A stretch of DNA of 64,000 nucleotides from Entomortierella parvispora E1425 (lineage: Eukaryota > Fungi > Mortierellomycota), in contig BQFW01000006.1 of NCBI GenBank assembly GCA_020891255.1, positions 2,372,475-2,436,474 of the forward strand, given 5' to 3'. The notes beneath the pieces were generated by a model that worked only from the letters and a program-made list of their open reading frames with translations, did not search any database and was not told the DNA's origin. Position 1 is the first letter of the stretch. Each line of letters begins with the position of its first letter. This document shows positions 52,618-64,000 of this stretch, one piece after another. The position numbers and the translations under genes were made by a program.

Positions 52618-54037
52618 ATGCCCCATGCACTTACTTTTCCAGAGATCCTGCGTCGCGTTGGACAATTCTTGCCAGATTCGACCTTGTTGGCCTGTTCAGT
52701 GTCTCGAACGCTGGAACGGCGGCTTCCTGCCCTTGATCTGGCGCGATATTCAATTGAAGGGCAATATCGGGCCCAAGAGCCTTGCTGATCTGGCAAGGCA
52801 TGCTCACCTTGTCCACAGCACCAATGTTTATGGTCCTTGCGCCATAGATGCTGCAGCAAGGTGATCCTCCTTGACCTTTTCAAATCTTGCCGTGCTTTCC
52901 ACGTATCAAACCGGATGGCGACATTCATTTTCTTCGACAGCATAGGGTCATTGCAGGATTTGACACTGAGCCATCCTGCCACGGATGCGTTGGAGATTTT
53001 GTTGGCAAAATGTTCGAAACTGAGCCGGGTCGAGTTTTTGTGGGATGAGGCTGTAGTGGTATCTGATCCTCTCCAATAGACACCTCGTTTGAGGGCCTCT
53101 GGACCAGGCTTAGAAAAGTCACTATGAGCGGGCCACAAGATCCGATCAAGACCTTGAATACCTGGCCCTCAATGACCGACAAGGGGCTGAACCGAATACA
53201 AGAACTGTCCCTAGTGCTTGTAGCTGGGGCTGTGTATGAGGTGCAACGATGGATTACAGAGCAGTGTCCTGGCTTGAGTCAATTGCACTGGCACTTTTCC
53301 CCGCAGAGTATATGGGAATGCTGTGATCAAAGCGATGCCTATCCTGAATGTAGTGGTCATGATCCGAGCAGGACGCTGGTCCTGTGAAGGACTGGAGGGA
53401 GGAGTTGGCGATTCGTGATGTTGTCTTCACAAGTGAGAGTTTGGGTGCTTCATGCAGCACTTGCCTCGGCTGACCAAGCTTGGCTTGAGAAGAACAACTT
53501 TTAATAGAGAGACTTGGGCTTTACTTTGAACGACCCCCCCAACTCGCGCAGCTTGTCGTGTTGGATCTTTTGAGATGTTCTTGTTTGGAGGGAGGTTCAA
53601 TTGTAGATGTGCTCTGCTCGGCTTTTAGTCTTCAAGTTCTCTGGGCAGACGAGATTAAGAATACTGATATCGACAGGGGTCCGGGACCTTGGGTATGTCT
53701 TGGGCTGAAAGAGTTGAATGTTCAATTCATACCCATGACGTGCTTCTCCCGGTTCTCAAAACACAATACTTTCACTACTTTCAACTTTGCAAAGCTGGAA
53801 GAGATTCCCTCGTTCTCTCCCTTGGATATTTATGAGAGAGAAGCCCCATATACATTGGAAGGAGGCCTGAATCAACTAAAGACTCTTTGTCGACTGAGAA
53901 CCCAGGACCCCTCTGTCATGTGTTTTGGAAACGAAGAGACACGCTGGATGATGGCACATTGTTACCCTGGCTTGATCTGGCCAGATCTGCAGCTGTTTGA
54001 ACGTCGACTTTTGCCCCCAGACTGTTATTTCAACTAG
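52618..54037 (+). pseudogene. Degenerate F-box/LRR gene
   Basis: MPHALTFPEILRRVGQFLPDSTLLAC followed by a frameshift to RWNGGFLPLIWRDI, then an in-frame TGA. Further frame-split LRR remnants include WVCLGLKELNVQF and GGLNQLKTLCRLR. Confidence 0.75.
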
Positions 54038-55160
54038 ACAGCAGGGGAAGCGTGCTGGCAGTAGTTCTTCCGGTCAAGACTTCAGCGACAAGCTGAGAAC
54101 GGCAGGAGGTCCATTGATTCTAGCACGCACACACGCTTTTGTTTTCAGATGCAAGTTCAACCATTCACCCGTTCACCCGCTCACCCGTTCATCCATTCAT
54201 CTGGAGGGACAGACAGAGAGAGGGCACCCAAAGGCGCGCTTCACCTTGTCCACGGTCCACGGCCCCTGGCCACGGCCTGTGCCACGTGGGGCGACTGCTG
54301 GCTGAGTGGGGCCATGGCAGATCAAGCTGGGTTGGAAATGAGCAAACGGATGAGATGAGCCTAAAAGAAACAAGGTGCGACCAGGGCAGGGCGTGTCTCG
54401 GTGATGGGATGAGGGAGGATGGGGATGGTCAGCTCTCTTTCTCTCTTTCTTTCTTGCTCTGTCTTTGTTCTGTCCTTGTTCTGTCCGTCTGTTTGATTCC
54501 CGCATGGGCAACTGCATTCCCTCTTCCTTCTTCTCCCCATTCTCTCATTCATCCATTTCTGCATCCCTCGGACCTGTGTGGTGGCAATCAGCATGATCTA
54601 GATAAAAAAAAAAAAAAAACCTTGTCCAGGCGAACATCACCCCCCGACTGCGCTCTGTCCACACCTTGTCATCCAAGGTCCTCTCCCTTTTCTGAGCAAC
54701 TTCTTTCTTTTCAGAGCAAGCTTGCTGAACAGCTGTGCAAAGGCATCCAACCAGTCCTTGCTCAGGTGCATAGGAAGGAGACAGGGACGCGACGGACAAC
54801 GGCAGCCCATCAGCAACAGCAAGCCGCTTCAACTGTTCTCCACTAGGTGAGTGATTCGCCGACGACAGGGGACACAAAGACAGGGGCGGAGCGCCTTCTT
54901 CTTCGTCATCGTCATTGTACCCCTGTTCCTGACTTTGCAGTGCCTGTCTTCCTTTCCACGGCCATGCCCCCTTCTTTTTAGCACGCTCACACGACCAAAA
55001 AAAAAGAGGCGAGCTTGCCAACCTTCCGAATCCAGATCATCTGCCTGTGGGTTGGTTTGTTCTTGTTCTTCTGCTTGTATTACTACCCTTGCCTGCATCT
55101 GCATCTGCATCGATCACATTCTTTTGCTCGTGTGCCGGGTTTTTTGGATCCTGCTCGTGT

Positions 55161-55192
<32 letters not shown>

Positions 55193-55365
55193 GGCTGTTT
55201 CGCCCTTGCCTCCTTCCACCCGTTGCCCATCTCCACCTTGTCTTCTTCACTCCCCTCTCTTTCGTTTATGTAGATACCCTCTTCCTTCCTTTCATTTCCT
55301 TTCCCTTCACCGTATCTTCCTTCTCTCCTTTTCTCCTTTCTCCCCTCGGTTGACTTGCTGCTGAT

Positions 55366-58300
55366 ATGAAGTTTGCAAAGTATCTACAAGACGAGGTCGT
55401 ACCTGAATGGCGAAAGGCATACATCAATTACAAGCAGGGGAAAAAGTACCTCAGGGCCATCGAGATAGCCCTTGATCTCAAAGAAGAGGCAGAGGAGGCA
55501 GTTGTTGCTTCTGCTTTGGCAGAAGGAGCCGTTCTGGAGGATGGGGGGATCATCATCTCAACAGACTACCCAACCACGGGCTCAGATTCCACCGCCCCTC
55601 TCCGTGTCAGGTACGATACCCAGGCATCGTTAGGAGCGGCTACGGCTACTTCATCGACTTCCTCGCCATCCCAGACACCCGACCCGCCCGACGAGGGCCA
55701 AGAGGAGACAACCACTCCCATCATCTCGAAACGCAGAGGGCATGGCCGAAACTACTCGGCAATCATCATCCCTCCCGTCTCCTCGTTAGGCGTACCGTCT
55801 GGTCAGGAACGCTCAGGAGATGGTCAGGAATCCATGGTCCTGGAAGAAGATCGGTCTGGGCTTGGTGGATCAACATTACACGAAAGTAACACGGACGCCG
55901 GTATCCCCCTAAAACGAGGATCGATCTCTTCGCCCTTGAGGACAGACACCAGCAAGAGCGCAGCTACAACAGGATTCCAGTTTAGTCTTACGGCTCGGAC
56001 ACAGAGTTCACAAATCCTAAAGAGTATCTCCCGACGGTTCACGATCATCCACCCAGACAATTTTCCAGTAAGAAGCAGGCCAATTCAAGGTACAAAAGAA
56101 ACCCGAGAAAATACGACAAAGAGATGATCCCGAAATCAGTGCTGCCTTTGTTGGACAATGATTTGGAGATGTTTGTTGACAGTGGTGTGATTGCTCTTCC
56201 TTTTCTTTGTTTAGTAGAAGATGGGTCGATTGAGGCGGTGCTCCCACAGCTCTTGCCCGAGGAACGAGTTTTTTTTCATTTTCTTGACTCGCAGCTCGAG
56301 ATGGTCAATAATTTTTACAGAGGTTCGTGCCCACGTTGGTTTGCGAGGTCAAGAATTTGTGCTTCTCAAAAGAAAAAAAATAACCTTTGCTGCCTCTGTT
56401 GTAGAAAAAGAGCTAGAGGCAGTAACAAAGCTCAAAGTCATCCGGCAGCAATTGTACGTTGCCAACGAATGGAAGCGCCGTTATGACGACAAACTGGTAA
56501 TAAGCTCACAAGGAGGCACCGTTCATTCGAAGGAGGGGGGGTCTTTTTTTTTTTTTGGTTCTTTGGATGTGATGACAGTTGTTTGTAACAATCATTTTTC
56601 TAACAAAACTTCTGCATCTACATTTTATTCATCAGGCAAAGCAGGAGGCCGAGCGCGGATGGTACGCGGCTGAATGGTCTCGAGTCACCAAAGGATTCGG
56701 AAACTTAATGCGGGCCGATACTACGGCAACCGAAGATGTGGTGTTTACCCCTTCCAGGATAACACGCCAGAATCCAGGGTCGTCTGTTCCTTCAGCAACT
56801 CCGGTATATTCCTTTGAAAACACTCCATCGGATTCAGAGCGTTGTCTACGTCGGCGTGATCTCCGAGGACTAGGAAGAGGCGTCCTTCCCCTACATGATC
56901 TTCAGCGGAAGCAGGTGATGGATTCGTTGGCGTACAGGGAGGAGCTCATCCTGGAAGAGGAAGAGAATCGCCGCCAACATCTGAACCACAAAGTTGCACG
57001 GACAAGGATAAAAGCTGCTCTGTACGAGTTTTATCGCAGTCTGGAGATGATTAAGAACTACAAGGTCTTGAATCACACTGGATTCGCAAAGATTCTCAAA
57101 AAGTTCGACAAAACTGCAGGCTGGAGGGCATCCAAGCCGTATATGAACTCGAAACTGAAACCAGCGTACTTTATGACATCGGGAATCATTCAGGATCTAA
57201 TCGTGGAGACGGAGGATCTGTTTATCGACACATTTGAGAAGGGACACCGTCGGAGGGGCATGGCCAAACTCAGGATCCCCGATTCCAAGAATCAGGTATG
57301 TCGATGCCGCTCGTATGATGAGTGCTCGGATCTTAAGGCCTGAAGTGATATTAACTATAGTAATTTCATCGTTTAACTGCAGACGCACCATTTGACATCT
57401 ACCAGGATTGGTATATATATGGGATTGACAGCACCGTTGATGGTGCAGGCACTCCAGGCTGCGTTCTCGACCAAGAGGGAAGAAGAGGTTCCATACTGGG
57501 ACAGCTTGCTCTTAGTGTACGCGGGGTTGTTTCTTTCGATCTTGTTTGCCTGTCTGTTTGGGATCAACATGTACGTCTGGGCAAAGTCAAGGATCAACTA
57601 CAAGTTCATTTTTGAATTTGACCCACGCGATAACCTGGACTTTCATGAGTATTTTGAGGTATATCGACTTTCAGAAGAAAAAAAAAAGTGGGAGCTGTCC
57701 TTCGTCAAGATCTAACCCCTATCTCTGTTATTTGCTCAACATCAGCTCCCTATCTTCTTGATGCTGTTGTTGACTTTGGCCGTTTACCTGGATTTCGGCT
57801 CAAAATTGACGGCCCATGTCGCGACCGCCTACTGGCCCTTGATCCTGATATCGATCACATTCTCCATCCTATTTTGCCCTCTGCCCATCGCTCATTTCAC
57901 CGCCCGTCGATGGTTCATTTCCAGTATTGGCCGGATCCTTGCTAGTGGATTCTACAGAGTGGAATTCCGGGACTTCTTCCTCGCGGATGAAATGAACTCG
58001 TTGTCGTACTCGATCGAGCAGTTCGAGTTTGCCATGTGTGCCTACTCTCAGCAATGGAACAATCTCGGCCAGACTTGCTCTACCAGTCACATGTGGGTGA
58101 CACCCTTCTTTACGGCGTTGCCTGCTTGGTTTCGATTCTTACAGTGTTTGCGCCGTTACCGGGATACGCTCGAGTGGTTTCCTCATTTGCTCAATGCCGG
58201 AAAGTACATGACCAGTCTCGTCAACCTCTTTGTGTACTTTTCATATCGTCACTACGGCGGGACGACCCTCAGGATCTATTTCATCCTCGTCTCAACGGTC

Positions 58301-58598
58301 ACTAGCATATATACGTTTGCTTGGGATATCTATATGGACTGGGGTCTGTTCCGGCTTGGGAAACAGGCGCCTGTGTATCCGCTTCTGAGACAGGAATTGG
58401 TCTACTCAAGGGTCTGGGTCTACTATTTGGCAATCGTGTTGGATCTCTTGGGCCGTTTTTCTTGGGTGGTCAGATTAATCCCCATGAACATCAATGTTAA
58501 TCTGTTGTCCTTTGTACTGGCATTCTTGGAAGTGCTGAGGTATAATGATCAATGCTTAGAATCAGTCTTCATTTCACTCTTTCGGCTTTGAGAATTAA

Positions 58599-58634
<36 letters not shown>

Positions 58635-59681
58635 AGACGATGGCAATGGAATTTCTTCCGCCTGGAAAACGAGCATTTGAACAATTGTGGACAATTCCGA
58701 GCAATCAAGGATATACCTCTCCCTTTTCATATCCGTGTCGAGGGCGAGACAGACGATGATGACGATGATGAAGAGGACGAAGAGTGTGAAACTGAGGATC
58801 GCTACTATCACCATCAGGATCAAAGCGCAGGCGTCTTCATTGGGGATGAGCTCCGAGATCTGCAGGATGTCTATGAGGAAAATGAGTACAGACAGGATCA
58901 TGAGAGGGCTGAAGGTGATGCCGCTGTCATTGCACCTGGCCATCCATTTGCTGGCAAGGTTCGGTCTTCGAGCTCTCACAGCGGCTTTGCGAAACTCTCA
59001 AATGGCCTTCTCTCCCATGGACTCTCCAACTTCAGCAACAAAGGCGGTACGGGAATAGGAGGCGAAGCCAGCATAGGCTACAGCAACAACAGTACAAGCC
59101 GCATTTCGCTCCACTCCAACAACAGTCATATCTCTTCCAAGAAAGGTCCACGTCGACCTACCAGTCTCGCCAGTGCTACTTCGGGACTGGGAGGACTCGG
59201 TTCACGGCGCACTTTTAGCCACGACCACATCGTCGGTTCGACTCAGGATCCAGTGCATCCATTCGGTGTCGCACGCAGCAATTCTTTTGTTGAAAATGCG
59301 GTGGCTGAAGCTGGATTCAAGGATTCTCAGAGGGAAGCTCTGACGACTGAGGCATCGTCAAACAACAAGTTTTATGATCGACGCGATTTTGATTCAAAGA
59401 TCATTGATGCCGACAGTGACCTCTGGAGCAGCCGCGGATCCCCTTCAGTTTCGCATGGGTTACCATCAATGGGGTTTGGCGGCGGCAGTGGCGTTGACGC
59501 AGGACGCGGAGTTTTGGCTCAAATACCAGATGGAACATCTGGCGCGAATGGCGGACGAGCTGTTGGAGCTGTAGTGTCAAGACGGAAAGCCAGCATTGGA
59601 ACCAGAATGCGAGCAAGCATTTTCGGACGGAAAAAAAATTCAGATGATGATGATGAATACCACGATGAGGACACTGAATGA
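55366..59681 (+). CDS. SYG1: SPX-EXS domain protein (Syg1/XPR1/PHO1 family phosphate exporter)
   Basis: MKFAKYL...[25 protein letters not shown]-type segment, [51 protein letters not shown] and [19 protein letters not shown]. Confidence 0.94.
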
Positions 59682-62057
59682 GACTTTGTAGAACAAATAT
59701 TTATAGCTATTTCATGGGTAAATCATAAACTGAAAAATTGGCCTCATCCTCGTGTCTGGCATCCTTGACATCCTGCATCCAGTTCGCCTTAGATGTTTAG
59801 ACAACAGGTTTGCGGCCAGAGGAGACAGATCGATCAGTTGCAGCCTTTGGACTCAATTTGGCAGCAAAGCAACTGAGTGCACGCGCTGACCCAGATTCAC
59901 GCGATGTGGCAAGCGAAGAGACATGAGCACAGAGGCAAGTGCAGAGCTGAGTTCTCATAGACGACCAATTGAATCCCCTCATTCAAGCGAGCAGCAGCGG
60001 CGACGGCGCGTCTTAGTGCCCACTGTCAGAGAGCCATACTCAAAGGATGGAAAGACAGTCAAATGACTAAGGAAGGAAGCGACAAACTCCTCTCTGCTCC
60101 CACTCTTTATTATCTGACGAAAGCATGACCAAGAAAAAAATATCAAGTGGAGGAGAACCTGCACAATATAGCTGGCGCAGCGAATGTTGACTCACTCGAG
60201 GATCTCAGTCACGTCGCCCATATTCTCTCCAACCCCTAGACAAAAGTGCATACGCGAAGGCAGAGCACCGCGGGTGAGTGAGCAAGCAGGAAGGAAAGGA
60301 AGTGTATTTTCTATTTATTTATTTTTATTTTTTTATACAAAAAAACCACTTTGCACCCTCCACTCTTCCCTTTCTCATCCGGGTTTGCAACAGTGGCGAA
60401 GGAGGCTATCAGCAATGGGCGGTCTCATCGTTGCTTCCCAATTTGTCATTTCAACCTGGGAGAACTGCGCCTCTGATCGTTACAACTTTCCGTTGTGCCC
60501 TGTTGTCTCTCTCCTGGACCCAATGAAGCAAACTTCAAAGTCCATGTCTAAAGTGATTGTAGCTGGAAGATGAGTATGCAAGAAGGTGGATGGAGGTAGA
60601 TTCGTGCCATTTGCTTATAACCGGGCCCATAGTCTTTCTCTTGTCGAGGCATTAAAAAGATCGTGCCGACAAATGCACGTCGCGTTCCGACGCACTTGCT
60701 GCAACCCACACCCGGACCAGTGGACAATTGACTCTACAACCTACTGTGGCGACTCCCTCTATGTTTCCTCAGGGCGCAAATGCCCAGGCAAGAATGATCT
60801 GAAAATCCTACTCTCCAGGCTGGCGCAAGAAAAAAAAAAAGGGCAGAAAACTGTTGATAAATTACTTCAAAAAAAAAATCACGTCGACCAATGTCCTCAT
60901 GTTTTGACGCGTTGATCCAGCCCTCTCCCTGCGGCGCAACAAACAAAGAAACCTGGAAAATGTTGCGCTGCCGACTGTGGCAACTATCTCGCATCAGGGT
61001 GGATATGTCCATCCAAGGGAGGAGTAATTCTTGGAGGAGCAGTGGTGCTGGCGAGAAAAAAAAAACAAGAACCCTGCTTCCTTTTTGTTTGTTGTCGCAT
61101 GGACTGATCGTCGTCTTTCTCCCTTGCTCCTTTCTCTTGACGAACGTCTCTTTTCTTCTCTTTCCTCTTGTTCATCTCCTCTTTTCTCTCTTGATTGTCT
61201 CTCTTTTCGGTCTTCCCTCTTGCTCGTCTCTTCTCTTCCATCTTGCTCGTCTCTTCTCTTCTCTCTTGCTCGTCTCTTCTCTTCTCTCTTGCTCATCTCT
61301 TCTTCCGCCCTGTCCCTCTCCTCTTTTCCCTCTTTCTCTTCTCTTCTCTTCCGTCTTGTTCCTCTCGTGTCTTCCCTCTCTTCTCTTCTTTCTTGCTCCA
61401 CCGTTTTCTTCCTCTTACTTTCCTTTGCTGATGTCTTCTTTTCTCTTGAACTTGTCAACTGTCCCTCTCTTCTTCTCTCTCCCTTCTTTCCTTTCTTCTC
61501 TTCCCTCTTGATCGTCTTTCGTCTTCTCATCTCTCTTGTTCGTCCGTCTTGATCATTTCTTGTCTTCACTCTTGCACTTTTTGGTCGCATGACGTGAGTT
61601 TCGTGCTCGTCCACCCTTCCCTCGGGATGACAGCGCAAAAAAAAAAAAGCACAAAGGGACCCGCAAGGGGGTCGTTTGTCTCAGCTGTTGTTGGATTCGC
61701 TGTCCGTCTCTTCTTCTTTTCCCTCTCGTCCCTCTCTTCCTCTTGTTCCTCCTCCTCTTCTCCCTCTTGTCCCTCCTCTTCGCTTTCCTCTTGTTCCTCC
61801 TCTTCTCCTCGCTGTTGTCCCTCCTATTCTCTTTAATCCTTTCCTCTTCCCTCCCAAGACCACTGTTCTTTTGGATGGGGCCAGTGCAGCCTCCATTTGT
61901 CCAAAAAAAAAAGGCCGAAGGGGGAGGGAGAAACGGGCGGTTGTTGTTTGTTGGATGGAGCATCCCTGAACTTGTGTCTTTTTCTCCCTCTGTCTCCCTC
62001 CCTTCTTTTGCCATCTCAACCCATCCTCCTTGCATTCATCTCGTCCTCTCCTTCTCG

Positions 62058-62273
62058 TCCCCTGCATTCCTCTCGACTCTTGCATTCCTCTCGACTCTTG
62101 CATTCATCTTGACTCTTGCATTCATCTCGTCCCTTGCATTCATCTCGTCCCCTGCATTCCTCTCGACTCTTGCATTCATCTCGTCCCTTGCCTCCATCTC
62201 GTCCCTTGCCTCCATCTCGTCCCTTGCCTCCATCTCGTCCCTTGCCTCCATCTCTTCCCTTGCATTCATGCTG
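62058..62273 (+). repeat. 18-bp minisatellite, 12 copies (consensus TCCCTTGCATTCATCTCG)
   Basis: Units read in register from 62058; three consecutive identical TCCCTTGCCTCCATCTCG copies at 62184-62237. Confidence 0.9.
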
Positions 62274-62528
62274 TCTCTTGCATCGTTCGACCTTCTCGTC
62301 TCATGCATTCAATTCTCGCATCCCTCTTGCCTCCTGCATCCCTCTCTCTCTCGTCTCGTTTTTTGCATCCCTTTCCTCTCGTCTCTCTCGTCTCGATTCC
62401 TGCATCCTTCCTTTCTCCTCGACTCTTGTATCCTTACCCTGTCCTCCCGTGTCTTGCATCCGTCTTCTTTTTTGGATCTTTCTCCTCTCTTGCATCTCTC
62501 GTCTCCTGCATACCTTTTCCTTTTTGTA

Positions 62529-62582
62529 TCTCTCTTCTCTGTTGCATCTCTCTTCTCTGTTGCATCTCTCTTCTCTGTTGCA
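62529..62582 (+). repeat. 18-bp repeat TCTCTCTTCTCTGTTGCA x3
   Basis: Three perfect tandem copies. Confidence 0.85.
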
Positions 62583-63649
62583 TCTCATCTCGTGCATCCT
62601 TCTCCTCTCATGATTCGAACTCACATCTTTCACCTTTTGCGGCCGCCGTCTCAACCGACCCAATGCATCCAACTCGACTCTTACATCAAACATCAGCGGG
62701 TCTTTTGTGCCCCTGTCTTCGTTTTCGCTCTCTTCTTTTCGTGTTGACGCAAGCTTGGGCGTTTCCTCTCGCTTTCTCCTTCCTTTCTCACGCGTTGCTC
62801 GCTACTCCTTCCCTTTGTCGTCAACAACTTCTTTTACATCTAATCATACGGAGAAAGCTCATTCAATCTAGCCATGAACCAGACTGGACCTGCGACAAAC
62901 GAGATGCATGTAGGAAACGTGGTCATTAATTCAGGCGCGCACTTCTCAGGTAAGTCCTCTCTACCATCAACTGCTAGATTTCTCAGCCCCTCAGGTATAG
63001 CATGCAGTAGCGAGGAATGAGTCCGTTCCAGGGCAAAGTCACCGCAGTCTCATGTGTTTTGCGCCCTCGTCTCTGCCCTCTTGTTCCTACTTTTGTCTAG
63101 CGTGTACAACTTTTAATAAAAAAACTATGTGACAACTGCACGAGCTGATGTTCTTGTCTGCATGCACGATGAGGAGAGTAAACACTGCAGACTTGGCTCT
63201 TTTTCCTTCTCGTACTTCATGAAATGCAGCCACGAATTGTCGTAAGTGGCTAGCTCTCGGCTCCTGTCACCACTTCACTCCTCCAACTTAGGAGAGAATT
63301 TTTTTTTCCAAAAAAAAAAGAAATCTAAGAACAGCAGTTACGCATCAACCACCTTGTCAATCGCCAATTTTTCTTCATGAATACAGTCCTTTGATGAATA
63401 GCCACCTCCCCATATGAAAATCACGTTGGTCGTCAACGTAGATATCAAGGAATAAGCGTTCGATTTTCACAAAAAAAGAGAATAAAAAATGCAATTGTCC
63501 AAGATCCACCTTATGGATTGACGATTTTGTTAGCTTAATAGAATACTGAATACTTATGAGGAGAGCTCTCTAATGCACCGTCTCTCATATCTCTACGAAG
63601 GAAAAAAAACACGTTGTTTTTATATCTTCAGAAAAGCGAGGCCAAAGCC

Positions 63650-63660
63650 GGATTCGAACC
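63650..63660 (-). promoter_or_regulatory. Orphan RNA polymerase III B-box (GGTTCGAATCC)
   Basis: Exact B-box consensus with no full tRNA cloverleaf around it. Confidence 0.5.
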
Positions 63661-63863
63661 CGGGAGCAAAAGTAAACAAAAGGAACACCTAATAGTCCAG
63701 GAAGTCTAAGCCACCAAACATCTACACATTTCCTTTTTAGGAAATAACGGAAAAATGCATCTTACGGTCGATCCGAATGGCGCAAACGATGCACAGACGC
63801 TCCAGGACGTCGTTAAACTGTTCAAATACGCGAGTTTAGGGCGAATAAACCCTAAAAATAAGG

Positions 63864-64000
63864 TTTAGGGTTTTTTAGGGTTTTTTAGGGTTTTTTAGGG
63901 TTTTTTAGGGTTTTTTTAGGGTTTTTTAGGGTTTTTTAGGGTTTTTTAGGGTTTTTTAGGGTTTTTTAGGGTTTTTTAGGGTTTTTTAGGGTTTTTAGGG
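63864..64000 (+). repeat. Telomeric repeat array (TTTTTTAGGG)n
   Basis: One T3AG3 unit, then 13 units to the window end (11 T6AG3, one T7AG3, one T5AG3), with the G-rich strand running toward the end. Confidence 0.97.

Larger units (their letters stand above)
61040..62780 (+). repeat. Subtelomeric pyrimidine-rich low-complexity tract
   Basis: Plus strand is dominated by C/T (TCTCTT, CCTC motifs) over about 1.7 kb apart from a short interruption near 61620-61680 and 61880-61970. Confidence 0.8.

Noticed and set aside
62058-62273. Regularly spaced repeats as a possible CRISPR array
   Set aside because: Units are contiguous with no unique spacers, there are no cas genes and the context is eukaryotic.
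60984-62929. Long ORFs in both orientations in the subtelomeric CT-rich tract (e.g. 61743-62747, 62030-62929, 62036-62308 with MEARDE repeats)
   Set aside because: Stop-codon depletion follows from the pyrimidine/purine skew and 18-bp periodicity; there is no domain signal.
63847-63858. CCCTAAAAA as a telomerase RNA template
   Set aside because: Too short for T6 (only A5), has no alignment repeat and abuts the telomere; better explained as an inverted telomeric unit.

Overview
Right-hand end of a fungal chromosome. Intron-rich genes with poly-T introns, lineage-type F-box/LRR genes and about 50% GC suggest Mortierellaceae (inference). The window ends in a T6AG3 (TTTTTTAGGG)n telomere. It holds conserved genes (GFA1, a GH47 alpha-1,2-mannosidase, an SLP-type metallophosphoesterase, YPK1/Gad8, HIR1, a Gfd2/YDR514C-like nuclease-fold gene, SYG1/XPR1), two tRNA genes (Asn-GTT, Leu-CAA), two pseudogenes (flavin monooxygenase, F-box/LRR) and several unusual multidomain genes: a class C GPCR with a PH-like tail, a pseudokinase-ankyrin fusion and an IPT/TIG-ankyrin adaptor. 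A 5,068-bp Ty3/gypsy chromovirus has identical 111-bp LTRs, a TCCAG target-site duplication, a -1 frameshift site and an extended tRNA-iMet primer-binding region. It splits an otherwise intact F-box/LRR gene. The last 4 kb are non-coding: a pyrimidine-skewed tract with 18-bp minisatellites, an orphan Pol III B-box and an inverted telomere unit at the telomere junction. Exon boundaries and indel positions were read by eye, and no database searches were run.
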